Position numbers and translations under genes: made by a program | In this document: positions 51,055-61,408 of the stretch, one piece after another | How the letters are laid out: every line of letters starts with the position of its first letter | Numbering within the stretch: the first letter of the stretch is position 1 | Source of the DNA: an uncultured Acidimicrobiaceae bacterium | GTDB lineage: Bacteria; Actinomycetota; Acidimicrobiia; Acidimicrobiales; Bog-793 | Length of the DNA stretch: 64,000 nucleotides | Assembly (NCBI GenBank): GCA_963807575.1 | Contig: CAWECD010000013.1 | Location: 113,605-177,604 of the forward strand | Reading direction: 5' to 3' | Notes under the pieces: model-generated | Seen by the model: only the letters and a program-made list of their open reading frames with translations | Told to the model about the DNA's origin: nothing | Databases searched by the model: none

Positions 51055-51662
51055 TGGGCAACATCATGTCCGGCTCCAAGACTCCGGGCTCCAAGACGCC
51101 GGGACACTCTGGGCCTCCGGCAAGAGAAGAGCCACGTGCGATAGTCGCGGCATATGTCGTGCGCCACGCTCACGCTGTGCCACGCGAGGGCTGGACCGGT
51201 CGGGACGAGGATCGTCCCCTGACTGATCGCGGTCTGAAGGAAGCTCAGGCTCTCGCCCATCACTTCGACACTGGAGCACCGGGCGCGCGACCGCACAAGT
51301 CCTCTGCTGCTCCGCTCGAGCCCAGGCCCACGCTGCTGCTGTCCAGCAGCGCCGAACGCTGCCTGGCGACTCTCGGACCCCTCGCGGCCGCGTGCGGGTT
51401 GCCCATTGCCGCCGCGGAGTTCCTCTCAGAGGGATCCGACGCGTCGAGCGCCCTCCTACAGGCAAGAGAGCTGGCAGCCGATGGCGGTGTGCCGGTGCTG
51501 TGCACCCACGGGGACGTGATTTGGGGAATGGTCGAACTGCTCGAGAAGGCCGGGGCCTACCTCCCCGGGCCGGTGGACGTGAAGAAGGGGTCCATATGGG
51601 TGTTGGAGGCTGAATCGGGCTCCATCGCATCCGCGAGGTACATCCCCCCGGCCAAGGTGTAG
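51054..51662 (+). CDS. Histidine phosphatase family protein (SixA/PGAM-like)
   Basis: The ATG at 51054 overlaps the VIT1 stop (TGATG). It has the RHAHA catalytic motif (VVRHAHAVPR) and a later THGDV. Confidence 0.7.
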   Translation: MGNIMSGSKTPGSKTPGHSGPPAREEPRAIVAAYVVRHAHAVPREGWTGRDEDRPLTDRGLKEAQALAHHFDTGAPGARPHKSSAAPLEPRPTLLLSSSAERCLATLGPLAAACGLPIAAAEFLSEGSDASSALLQARELAADGGVPVLCTHGDVIWGMVELLEKAGAYLPGPVDVKKGSIWVLEAESGSIASARYIPPAKV

Positions 51663-51673
51663 GTTCCCGCCCC

Positions 51674-52363
51674 GTGAGCGATCAGCAGCACCTGGCACCG
51701 GCGGCCGGCGTCCTCGCCCTCGTCGGCGGCGGCGAGTGGCAAGCAGGCACCGAGTACGACGCCGAGCTGTTGGAGCGCTCCGGTGCCGACGAGGTGCTGA
51801 TTCTTCCCACCGCCGCGGCTTACCAGCATCCCGACCGAGCAGTCGCCACAGCTGAGACGTGGTTCTCGTCGCTGGGCTCCCGAGCCCGCGGGCTGATGGT
51901 GCTGCGGCATGGGGACGCGAACAAGGAGGTCAACGCAACCGCGGTGCGAGAGGCACGCTTCATCTACCTCTCCGGTGGCTCGCCCCTCCACCTGCTGTCG
52001 GTGCTCAAGGGCTCGCTCGTATTCGACGCGCTCGCGAACGCCTTGCGCCACGGCGCGGTCGTCGCCGGATCCTCGGCCGGTGCGATGGTGCTGGTCGATC
52101 CCATGGTCGACCCGCGAGGGGGGGCGTTCACGGTGGGGCTCGGCCTCGTCGAACAGATGGCCGTCGTGCCGCATCATGACTCCGGCGCTTCACACCACTT
52201 CTGGCGGACGCTCGAGCTCGCCCCAGCGGGGATCCCAATTGCCGGCATCCCTGAGCGCACGGCGCTCATCAGGGACTCGGACGGCTCGTGGCGATCAGCG
52301 GGCGAAGGACAGGCCACCGTCTACGTCGACGGAGTGGAGGCCGGGCTCGACGCTCTGCCTTGA
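51674..52363 (+). CDS. Peptidase S51 / type 1 glutamine amidotransferase-like protein
   Basis: 229 aa with IYLSGGSPLHLL and the GSSAGAMV nucleophile elbow, as in cyanophycinase/dipeptidase E relatives. Confidence 0.65.
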   Translation: MSDQQHLAPAAGVLALVGGGEWQAGTEYDAELLERSGADEVLILPTAAAYQHPDRAVATAETWFSSLGSRARGLMVLRHGDANKEVNATAVREARFIYLSGGSPLHLLSVLKGSLVFDALANALRHGAVVAGSSAGAMVLVDPMVDPRGGAFTVGLGLVEQMAVVPHHDSGASHHFWRTLELAPAGIPIAGIPERTALIRDSDGSWRSAGEGQATVYVDGVEAGLDALP

Positions 52364-52433
52364 CAGAGCTCCCTGCCGAAAGAGCTGCCGGCCCGAACAG
52401 CTGCAGACCGCTAGGTCGGTTCAGGCCAGCTCG

Positions 52434-52988
52434 TCAGTCCAGCTCGGCGATCGTGACCGACTCGATCAGGACCTTCTCCTTGGGGGCGCCCGACTTGGTT
52501 CCCACCGAGTCGATCGCCGCGACGACGTCCCTGCCGGATACAAGCTGGCCGAACAGCGAGTAGAGCGGCGGCAATCGCATCCCGTCGGGTCCCGAGATCA
52601 CGAAGAACTGGCTCCCGTTCGTGTCCCGCCCGGCATTGGCCATGGCCAGCGAGCCGAGCTCGTAGCGACCGGGCTGGGGCAGCTCATCCTCGAACCGGTA
52701 GCCCGGCCCACCGGCGCCGGTCCCGTCCGGATCACCGCCCTGTAACACGAACCCGGGGATGACCCGGTGGAACGCGATCCCGTCGAAATAGTGGTAGCGC
52801 GCCAGAAAGACAAAATTGTTCACTGTTCTCGGAGCGCGCACAGCGTCGAGTGCGAACATCATCGTGCCCTTGGACGTGACCATTTCCGCCGTGTAGCGCT
52901 TGGAGAGGTCGATGCACATCGGCGGCGGACCATCGAAGCGTCGGGTCTTCGGCGCGGAGCCGTCGGCTGGGGGGCATTCGCTCGGCAT
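52434..52988 (-). CDS. ppiA: Cyclophilin-type peptidyl-prolyl cis-trans isomerase
   Basis: Motifs are TVNNFVFLARYHYFDGIAFHRVIPGFVLQGGDP, LAMANAG.DTNGSQFF and FGQLVSG. Confidence 0.85.
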   Translation of the reverse strand: MPSECPPADGSAPKTRRFDGPPPMCIDLSKRYTAEMVTSKGTMMFALDAVRAPRTVNNFVFLARYHYFDGIAFHRVIPGFVLQGGDPDGTGAGGPGYRFEDELPQPGRYELGSLAMANAGRDTNGSQFFVISGPDGMRLPPLYSLFGQLVSGRDVVAAIDSVGTKSGAPKEKVLIESVTIAELD

Positions 52989-53047
52989 CGAGGGCTCCGT
53001 TTCGTCTCTTCGGTTTGGTGGCCGGGTCTTCGGGTTGGTGGCCGGCC

Positions 53048-53974
53048 TCAGCCGGAAATCTGCTTGACGGTGACGCTCAGGAGGTAGACCGTGACCGTCG
53101 GAGCGCCAGTGCTGGTCGCAGTATTGGCGGCACCGTACGACCCGATCTTGTCGAGGACGCTCATACCCGACACCAGGTGACCGAAGAGCGTGTAGGAGGG
53201 CGACAGCTCCGTCTGGCCGCCAGGCAGGATGAAGAAGAACTCGCTCTCGTTGCTGGACGGCGCCCCTGAATTCGCCATCGCAAGGTCACCGGGTGTGTAG
53301 CAGCCGGGACCTGTCGGCTTGGTCGAGCAGCTCGCGGGCGGAGTGTTGCCGGTGAATTGATAGCCGGGATACCCGTATTCCATCTTGCCCGGTTTGCCTG
53401 TGGCTCCATTTGCATCCGCGTCGGTCACCGAACCGCCCTGCACGACGAAACCCTTGAGCACTCGAAAGAAGTCGGTGTCGTCGAAGTACTTGTAGCGAGC
53501 CAGGAACACGAAGTTGTTCACGGCTGCGAACGACGAGGCAGCCGACATCTTCTCGACGATGTCGCCAAGGCTCGTCTTGAACGTGGCGTCCCAGACCGAG
53601 GTCGCGGAGATGCATGTCGGCGGTGCCTTCGTGAACAACACGACCCGCGTGGCCGATCCCGTAGTGGGCGGGCACGTCGGGGCCACCGCCGTCGTCGTCA
53701 ACGGCTGGGTTGTCGGCGTCGGGAACGTAGTGGGCGGAACAGTGCTCGACGTCGTGCTGGAGGCCGGCACCGTCGTGCTCGACGTCGTCGTCGTTGTCTT
53801 GGCCGACTTCGTGCTCGAACTGTTCACGAGCAGCACGATGCCGACGATGACGAGGGCCACGATCAAGCCCCCAATGCCACGCCGCGTGTTTCGGCGTCGC
53901 TTCCTGCCCTTTTCGATGACGGCTTGCTTTTGTTCACGAGCGGCTCGCTGCCGCGCTCTCTTCTCGGTAGGCAC
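53048..53974 (-). CDS. ppiB: Membrane-anchored cyclophilin-type PPIase (PpiB-like)
   Basis: 308 aa. It has a basic N-terminus, a TM helix (IGGLIVALVIVGIVLLV), a Thr/Ser/Pro linker, then a cyclophilin domain (AVNNFVFLARYKYFDDTDFFRVLKGFVVQGG, LAMANSG, FGHLVSG). The layout matches mycobacterial PpiB. Confidence 0.8.
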   Translation of the reverse strand: MPTEKRARQRAAREQKQAVIEKGRKRRRNTRRGIGGLIVALVIVGIVLLVNSSSTKSAKTTTTTSSTTVPASSTTSSTVPPTTFPTPTTQPLTTTAVAPTCPPTTGSATRVVLFTKAPPTCISATSVWDATFKTSLGDIVEKMSAASSFAAVNNFVFLARYKYFDDTDFFRVLKGFVVQGGSVTDADANGATGKPGKMEYGYPGYQFTGNTPPASCSTKPTGPGCYTPGDLAMANSGAPSSNESEFFFILPGGQTELSPSYTLFGHLVSGMSVLDKIGSYGAANTATSTGAPTVTVYLLSVTVKQISG

Positions 53975-54165
53975 GGATCGACACGCTACTTAGCAGCCGG
54001 CCATAACGCATATGCGGGTCGGTCGCTCGGCCCTTCGCTCGGCCGAAACACGCCCGGAACACGGCCGGAACCGCACCTGTGCGTCGCTACGCGCCCATAG
54101 TCGACATGGCAACGCACAGGTCCCGTGATCGCCCAAGGTCCCGGCCCGGCGGTAGCTTGGCCGGC

Positions 54166-55380
54166 GTGAACCTAGTTGTCCAGAAGTTCGGAGGAACCTC
54201 GGTTGGCGACGCGGACCGCATCCGCGCCGTGGCGGACCACATCGCTCGCACACGCCGCAGCGGAACGAACGTCGTCGTCGTGGTCAGTGCCATGGGCAAG
54301 ACCACCGACGGACTGATCCGGCTCGCCGAGGACGTGAGCCGGGTCCGCCCGGGCCGGGAGCTCGACATGCTGCTCACTGCAGGCGAGCGAATCTCGATGT
54401 CGCTGCTGTGCATGGCACTTGCGGAGCTCGGTGTGCCAGCCGCCTCGTTCACGGGCAGCCAGGCAGGCATCATCACCGATACCACGCACACCAAGGCACG
54501 GATCCTCGAGGTGAAGGGCGATCGTCTTCGTGAGTCGCTGGCTGAGGGCATCGTCCCGGTCGTGGCCGGCTTCCAGGGAGTCTCGAGCGCACGGGACGTG
54601 ACCACCCTTGGCCGCGGAGGCTCCGATACCACAGCAGTGGCACTCGCCGCTGCCCTCGGAGCCGAGCTCTGCGAGATCTACACGGACGTCCCGGGAGTGT
54701 TCACCGCTGATCCCCGCGTGGTTCCGACCGCCCACCGGATACCGAGGATCTCCTTCGAGGAGATGCTCGAGATCGCTGCAACGGGCGGAAAGGTCCTTGC
54801 GCTCCGCTCGGTCGAGTTCGCCCGGAACCACCACGTACCGCTCCACGTGAGATCAAGCTTCACCTGGGAGCCCGGCACCCAGGTCAGCGAGGAGGATCCT
54901 TTGATGGAACAGCCCATCGTCTCGGCGGTGACAAGCGATTCGACCGAGGCCAAGATCACGATTGCCGGAGTCCCGGACCAACCGGGCATCGCTGCCTCAG
55001 TCTTCAGGGGGCTTGCCGACCGGGCGATCAACGTCGACGTGATCGTTCAGAACACCTCACACCACGGGATGACAGACATCTCCTTCACCATCCCGCGCGC
55101 CGACCTGGAGGGCAGCCTCGAAGTGGCAGAGCAGCTCGTCCCGCAACTGGGCGCGGTGTCGGTGATCGCCGACGACGACGTTGCCACGGTCACCCTCGTT
55201 GGTGCGGGCATGAGGACCCATCCGGGAGTCACCGCGACAATGTTCGAGACCCTCGCAGCGGCCGGGATCAACATCGAGATGATCTCGACGTCTCCCATCC
55301 GCATATCGTGCTTGGTCCGTGCGGAGCACGCGGAGCGGGCGGTTCAGGCCCTTCACACCGCCTTCGAGCTGGGCGGCTGA
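54166..55380 (+). CDS. ask: Aspartate kinase
   Basis: The GTG at 54166 gives [26 protein letters not shown] is present, with two ACT domains at the C-terminus. The track ORF starts at 54079. An internal in-frame ATG at 54904, preceded by GAGGAGGA, is a candidate beta-subunit start. Confidence 0.9.
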   Translation: MNLVVQKFGGTSVGDADRIRAVADHIARTRRSGTNVVVVVSAMGKTTDGLIRLAEDVSRVRPGRELDMLLTAGERISMSLLCMALAELGVPAASFTGSQAGIITDTTHTKARILEVKGDRLRESLAEGIVPVVAGFQGVSSARDVTTLGRGGSDTTAVALAAALGAELCEIYTDVPGVFTADPRVVPTAHRIPRISFEEMLEIAATGGKVLALRSVEFARNHHVPLHVRSSFTWEPGTQVSEEDPLMEQPIVSAVTSDSTEAKITIAGVPDQPGIAASVFRGLADRAINVDVIVQNTSHHGMTDISFTIPRADLEGSLEVAEQLVPQLGAVSVIADDDVATVTLVGAGMRTHPGVTATMFETLAAAGINIEMISTSPIRISCLVRAEHAERAVQALHTAFELGG

Positions 55381-55472
55381 CGACACGGGGGCCGCTCGAG
55401 GCCGGTCCCGAAGAACCACAAACCACAGAGGCGGTTCGTGCCGGCTCCGGCCCTCACGGGGGGCGCCAGTAG

Positions 55473-56504
<1,032 letters not shown>

Positions 56505-56545
56505 CGACCGCGAGCTGTGGCGGGCGGCTGCGCGGCCGGCCATCG

Positions 56546-57124
56546 TCACATCAGCTTCGCGAGATAGGGGCTCAGAAGCTTCTCGATCTGCTTGGCAGCA
56601 ATGTCAACCTCGATGTTCACCTTGTCGCCCGGTATGCGCCGGCCGAGTGTCGTCACCTCCGAGGTGTGGGGGATCACGGCAACGGCGAAGCTGTCCTGGC
56701 CGACGTCGAAAATCGTGAGGCTCACCCCGTCGACGGCGATAGAGCCCTTTTCCACGCAATAGCGGATCAGCTCCCGCGGTATCCGGACCTTGAGATCCGG
56801 TGCCGCAGCTGTCACTTCCCCGATGCCGTCGACATGACCCTGCACGACGTGCCCGCCAAGGCGGTCGCTCAGCCGGACCGGCCGCTCGAGGTTCACCGCG
56901 TCGCCGGGCTTCAGAAGACCAAAGGTCGTCCGACCGAGGGTCTCGGGTGTTAGCTGCGTCTCCCAGGTCTCGGCGTCGCAGGCGACGACTGTCGTGCAGC
57001 ACCCGTTCACCGAGATGGAATCGCCGACCTTGGTGTCCTGCAGCACGAGCGACGCCCTGATCCGGTACCGGTCCCCGTCGTGGTCAAGGTAGGTGCCCAT
57101 CTCTTCAATCAGGCCGGTGAACAC
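56546..57124 (-). CDS. ribE: Riboflavin synthase alpha chain
   Basis: It has MFTGLIEE, duplicated lumazine-binding halves (SISVNGCCTTV / SIAVDGVSLTI) and GGHVVQGHVDG. Confidence 0.9.
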   Translation of the reverse strand: MFTGLIEEMGTYLDHDGDRYRIRASLVLQDTKVGDSISVNGCCTTVVACDAETWETQLTPETLGRTTFGLLKPGDAVNLERPVRLSDRLGGHVVQGHVDGIGEVTAAAPDLKVRIPRELIRYCVEKGSIAVDGVSLTIFDVGQDSFAVAVIPHTSEVTTLGRRIPGDKVNIEVDIAAKQIEKLLSPYLAKLM

Positions 57125-57173
57125 GCTCGGGAGCGTACCAACCCGCCTACGCCGGTGTCATTGACGGCCGGTG

Positions 57174-57932
57174 TCATTGACGCGCGAGGAGGATGCAGCC
57201 GACCGTGATGCCGAAGCCGAGAACGAGGACACGGAGCAGGATCGGGCTCAGCCGACGGGCAAAGCCGCCGCCCAGGCGACCGCCGAGAAGGCTGGCCGCA
57301 GCCATGATGGCGACCGCAGCCCACGCGACGGAACCGAAGACACCGTAGGCGACGACGGCCACTGAGTTGATGACGACCGAAAGGACCTGCTTGAGGCCGT
57401 TCAGCTTCTGCAGGCTGGCGGGGATCGCCAACCCGAGCATCGCCAGGAGCACGATGCCGAGCCCCGCGCCGAAGTAGGCGCCGTAGATCGCTGCAAGCAG
57501 GACCGCGACGTGGAGAGCGGGCGAGCAGTGCTCCTTGGACTGGGCCTGTCCTCTTGCGAGCGCGCGGCTGGCCAGCGGCTGAAGGGCGAAGAGGGCGCAC
57601 GCTAGGAGGATCAGCCAGGGCACGGCCCGCTTGAAGACCGTCGCAGGCGTCGTGAGCAACAACACCGATCCGGCGGCGCCACCGACGATGCAGGTCGCGG
57701 CCAGCGCCATCGCCCGGGATCGCTGGCCCTCCAGCTCCCGGCGATAAGCGACCGAGCTGCCCACGTAGCCGGGCCAGAGGGCGACTGTATTAGTCATGTT
57801 CGCCGTGACACCGGGGTAGCCCACGGCAAGCAGAGCGGGGAACGAGATGAGCGAGCCGCCCCCGGCGACGCTGTTCACCGTGCCCCCGAGGAAGCCGGCA
57901 ACGCCGAGGACGATCCCCTGCTCGGGCGTCAA
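57174..57932 (-). CDS. TauE/SafE family sulfite/anion exporter
   Basis: 252 aa from the TTG at 57932, overlapping the aroC stop (ATTGA). It is polytopic with GFLGGTVNSVAGGGSLISFPALL. The 5' part of track ORF 57174..58691 is out of frame over aroC. Confidence 0.8.
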   Translation of the reverse strand: MTPEQGIVLGVAGFLGGTVNSVAGGGSLISFPALLAVGYPGVTANMTNTVALWPGYVGSSVAYRRELEGQRSRAMALAATCIVGGAAGSVLLLTTPATVFKRAVPWLILLACALFALQPLASRALARGQAQSKEHCSPALHVAVLLAAIYGAYFGAGLGIVLLAMLGLAIPASLQKLNGLKQVLSVVINSVAVVAYGVFGSVAWAAVAIMAAASLLGGRLGGGFARRLSPILLRVLVLGFGITVGCILLARQ

Positions 57933-59113
57933 TCGGTTACCGCGCTCGGCCAATGCTCGTCGCGGACCTCGGCGAGGTACGAAGCGTGGTTGCGCGTGAG
58001 CTCGGAGACGCTGTCTCCCCCGAACTTGCGAAGCGCCTCGGACGCCAGCACGAGGGCCAACATCGTTTCTGCTACCACGCCCATCGCGGGCACCGCGGTG
58101 ACGTCGGTGCGCTCCTTGAACGAGACGGTCTCCTCCTTGGTCAACACGTCGACGGTCTTGAGCACAGGACGGTTCAGCGTGGCGAGCGGCTTCATAGACG
58201 CGCCTACGAAAAGAAGGCCTCCCGTGGACATGCCGCCCTCGATGCCGCCGGCCAGCGACGTCTCTCTCTTGTACTCGCGTGAAGCGGTGTCGAAGAAGAT
58301 GGAGTCGTGACCGGCAGATCCCCGGCGGCGTGCGACGTCGAAGCCTTCTCCGATCCACACGGCCTTCACCGCCTGAATGCTCATCAGCGCCTGGGCAATG
58401 AGGCCGTCGAGCTTGCGGTCCCAGTGAACGTGGCTTCCCAGGCCGACCGGTACCCCGTAAGCCACGACCTCGGCGGTGCCACCGAGGGAGTCCCCGTCCT
58501 TGGCTGCGGTCTTTATCTCGGCGACCATGGCGGTCTCCGCCGACGGGTCGAAGCACCGCACCGGAGACGCATCGACCGTCGCGAGGTCGTGCGGCAGCGG
58601 GCGCAGCCCCGCTGGCGCGTCCGTACCGCCGATCTGTACGACATGGCTCACGATCGCGACGCCGATCTGGGCCAGGAGGGCCTTGGCGCACGCGCCTGCC
58701 GCCACTCTCGCGGCCGTCTCACGAGCCGAAGCGCGTTCGAGCACGTCACGGGCGTCATCAAAGCCGTACTTCTGCATGCCGGCGAGATCCGCGTGACCCG
58801 GCCGGGGCTGTGTGAGTCGACGCGAGGGATGGCCGGGCTCAGGGGACATCTCCTCACGCCACTTGGGCCACTCGGCATTTGCGATCTCGATCGCGACCGG
58901 CGACCCCAGAGTGCGCCCGTGCCGAACGCCACCGAGGATGCTGATCTGGTCGGTCTCGAAACGTTGACGTGGACCTCGCCCGAAGCCGAGCCTGCGGCGG
59001 GCAAGCTCGCCGGAGATCTCGTCGGCAGTGATCGGCAGTCCGGCAGGAAGCCCTTCTATGACGGCAACGAGCGCACGCCCGTGGGACTCGCCCGCGGTCA
59101 GAAGGCGCAACAC
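57929..59113 (-). CDS. aroC: Chorismate synthase
   Basis: Motifs are MLRLLTAGESHG, GRSSARETA-like SARETAARV and RSDVTAVPA-like RTDVTAVPAMGVV. 394 aa. Confidence 0.9.
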   Translation of the reverse strand: MLRLLTAGESHGRALVAVIEGLPAGLPITADEISGELARRRLGFGRGPRQRFETDQISILGGVRHGRTLGSPVAIEIANAEWPKWREEMSPEPGHPSRRLTQPRPGHADLAGMQKYGFDDARDVLERASARETAARVAAGACAKALLAQIGVAIVSHVVQIGGTDAPAGLRPLPHDLATVDASPVRCFDPSAETAMVAEIKTAAKDGDSLGGTAEVVAYGVPVGLGSHVHWDRKLDGLIAQALMSIQAVKAVWIGEGFDVARRRGSAGHDSIFFDTASREYKRETSLAGGIEGGMSTGGLLFVGASMKPLATLNRPVLKTVDVLTKEETVSFKERTDVTAVPAMGVVAETMLALVLASEALRKFGGDSVSELTRNHASYLAEVRDEHWPSAVTD

Positions 59114-59275
59114 GGGCCTAGCCTACGCCGGGGCGGGTCCTGAGGAACCGTCCGTAAGGAACCATCCAGAGTTGCCTGACGGTGCTGAAGACCTTCTGGT
59201 CGTGCGAGAACTCGACGGACCTGTCTATGTTGCTGCACGGCAATGCCACGTGGGTCCCTCGAGGCTCGGTCAGCA

Positions 59276-59959
59276 TCATTGCTCGGTACCTCGTCGGTGG
59301 CGGCTCGGTCGGGCCGAGAGAGTTGGCCGGCGCCCGCTCGCCGGGACCTCGCCAAGGTGCAGAGCCCTCCATCTACTGGTTGGGGTCGACACGAGTTGCG
59401 TCCAAGACCCGGTTGGGAGGTCAACGGTGGCCAGGTTCAAATCAGGCAGGAACCGGCCGAGAAGCGCCCGGATCACGGCATCGTGAGTGACGAGCGCCAC
59501 GCCGAGCTCGCTGGTGCCGCTTGCCTCCTGGGCGGCTCCCGCATCACCGACGGCGACCGCATCGAGGGCGGCGACCGCATCGAGCAAGGCTTCTGCGGCC
59601 CTAGCCTCGAGAAGTCGTCGTACTTCGACAAAGGGCGCGGCATCGACCGATCCGAACCGTTCCTCAACCTGCTCGACCGAGTGCCCAGCCCACTTGCCGT
59701 AGTAACGGTCACTCAGCCGGTCGTCGATCTCGACCGGTGCCCCCGAGCTCGAGGCGATCGGGCGCGCAGTATCGGTCGCTCGCCTGAGTGGGCTCGACAC
59801 GACCGCGCTCAGCGGCACTTCACGAAACAGCTCGCCGAGCGCCAGGGCCTCGGCCTCACCGGTCTCGTCGAGCGGAACGTCGAGTTGTCCGCGGAGAACG
59901 CCGGCGGCATTGAGCGCCGTCTCGCCGTGCCGGACCAGGAAGACATGGACCTCTGTCAC
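59276..59959 (-). CDS. Histidine phosphatase family protein (phosphoglycerate mutase-like)
   Basis: The GTG at 59959 gives VTEVHVFLVRHGETALN (RHGE motif). SSPLRRATDTA and LVTHDAVIRAL are also present. The track start is 60208. Confidence 0.75.
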   Translation of the reverse strand: MTEVHVFLVRHGETALNAAGVLRGQLDVPLDETGEAEALALGELFREVPLSAVVSSPLRRATDTARPIASSSGAPVEIDDRLSDRYYGKWAGHSVEQVEERFGSVDAAPFVEVRRLLEARAAEALLDAVAALDAVAVGDAGAAQEASGTSELGVALVTHDAVIRALLGRFLPDLNLATVDLPTGSWTQLVSTPTSRWRALHLGEVPASGRRPTLSARPSRHRRGTEQ

Positions 59960-60031
59960 GTTCAGACAGGGTAGGCCGGCAACCACGACCTCACGGCCGC
60001 CAGAGAGCTTCGAGGGGCCGACGCCACCGGC

Positions 60032-60110
60032 GCCGGCCCGTCCGAGGTCAGCCGGCCAGCCCGTAAGGCAGCCGGCCCGTCCGAGGTCAGCCGGCCAGCC
60101 CGTAAGGCAG
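60032..60110. repeat. Perfect 39-bp tandem duplication spanning the eno stop codon
   Basis: 60033-60071 and 60072-60110 are both ccggcccgtccgaggtcagccggccagcccgtaaggcag. Each copy encodes ...RLPYGLAG-stop on the minus strand. Confidence 0.9.
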
Positions 60111-61349
60111 CCGCTCGGCCGCTTCGATCTCGATGAGGCGGTTGTACTTCGCCACCCGCTCTCCACGCGCCGGCGCACCGGTCTTGAGCTGGCCACACCC
60201 GGAACCAACCACCATGTCGGCGATAAAGGTGTCCTCCGTCTCGCCCGAGCGGTGCGACACCATCTGCGTCCAGCCGGCTTGCCTGCACACTGCCATCGCG
60301 GCCAGGGTCTCGGTCACACTGCCGATCTGGTTGACCTTGATCAACGCAGAGTTTGCCGCGCGCCGCCTGATCGCCTCGGCGATGATCACCGGGTTGGTCA
60401 CGAGCAGGTCGTCGCCCACGATCTGGATGCGCTCACCCAACCGCTCGGTCAGGCGGATCCAGCCGTCCCAGTCGCCTTCTGCGAGGCCGTCCTCCAGGCT
60501 CCACACCGGGAAGTCGCCGATGATCGCTTCGTAACGGTCGATCATGTCCTCGCTCGAGAGGGTCCGCCCAGCCACGTGGTAGCTGCCGTCGCGGAAGAAT
60601 TCGCTTGCAGCCGGGTCGAGAGCGATCGCCACGCCGTCGCGGCCGGGGCGGTAGCCGGTCTGGTTTATCGCCTGGACGATCAAGCCCAGGACCTCTTCAG
60701 GCTCATCGATCTCCGGAGCGAAGCCCCCCTCGTCGCCGAGCCCCGTCGCGAACCCCTTGCCCACGAGCAGCTTGCGCAAGGCCGTGTAGACCTCGGCACC
60801 GGCCCGCACGGCTTCTGCCATGCTCGGAGCGCCCAGCGGGGCCACCATGAACTCCTGGAAGTCCAGCTTGTTCGGCGCGTGAACCCCGCCGTTGAGGACA
60901 TTGAAATGGGGGACCGGGAGCCGGGGCGTCACCCCTGAAGGGTTGAGTGAGCGCCACAGCGGCACTCCGGCGGAGGCGGCGATCGCCCGAGCTGCAGCCA
61001 TGGACACCCCGACGATGGCGTTTGCGCCCAACCGGCCCTTGTTCTGGGTGCCGTCGAGCCTGATCAGGGTGCCGTCCAGCTCCGCGAGATCAGCAAAGGT
61101 CCGTCCACTGATCGCGTCGGCGATCTCAGCGTTGACGGCTCCAACGGCTCCGAGAACACCCTTGCCCCCGTAGCGGGCCGGGTCGCCGTCCCGGAGCTCT
61201 ACTGCCTCGCGCGAGCCCGTCGACGCACCGGACGGTACGCCTGCGCGCGAAATGGTGCCGTCGCCGAGCGTCACCGTCACCGCCAGGGTCGGGTTGCCCC
61301 GGGAGTCGAGAATCTCCACGGCCTTGACGCCTGAAACAGTTACGCCCAT
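60087..61349 (-). CDS. eno: Enolase (phosphopyruvate hydratase)
   Basis: Motifs are EILDSRGNPT, VPSGASTGSREAVELRDG, IKVNQIGSVTET and SHRSGETEDTFIAD. 420 aa. Confidence 0.9.
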   Translation of the reverse strand: MGVTVSGVKAVEILDSRGNPTLAVTVTLGDGTISRAGVPSGASTGSREAVELRDGDPARYGGKGVLGAVGAVNAEIADAISGRTFADLAELDGTLIRLDGTQNKGRLGANAIVGVSMAAARAIAASAGVPLWRSLNPSGVTPRLPVPHFNVLNGGVHAPNKLDFQEFMVAPLGAPSMAEAVRAGAEVYTALRKLLVGKGFATGLGDEGGFAPEIDEPEEVLGLIVQAINQTGYRPGRDGVAIALDPAASEFFRDGSYHVAGRTLSSEDMIDRYEAIIGDFPVWSLEDGLAEGDWDGWIRLTERLGERIQIVGDDLLVTNPVIIAEAIRRRAANSALIKVNQIGSVTETLAAMAVCRQAGWTQMVSHRSGETEDTFIADMVVGSGCGQLKTGAPARGERVAKYNRLIEIEAAERLPYGLAG

Positions 61350-61408
61350 CTTCGGTCTCCTTCGATTCGAGCCGGTCGCTCAGCACGCGACTACCTCGCG
61401 AGTGTCGC

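Noticed and set aside
53975-54165. Possible riboswitch or leader upstream of ask; I also looked upstream of the metal importer and the B12-domain regulator
   Set aside because: I could not recognise conserved cores of lysine, cobalamin or other riboswitch classes in these regions. This needs a covariance-model scan (Rfam/Infernal) to exclude them properly.
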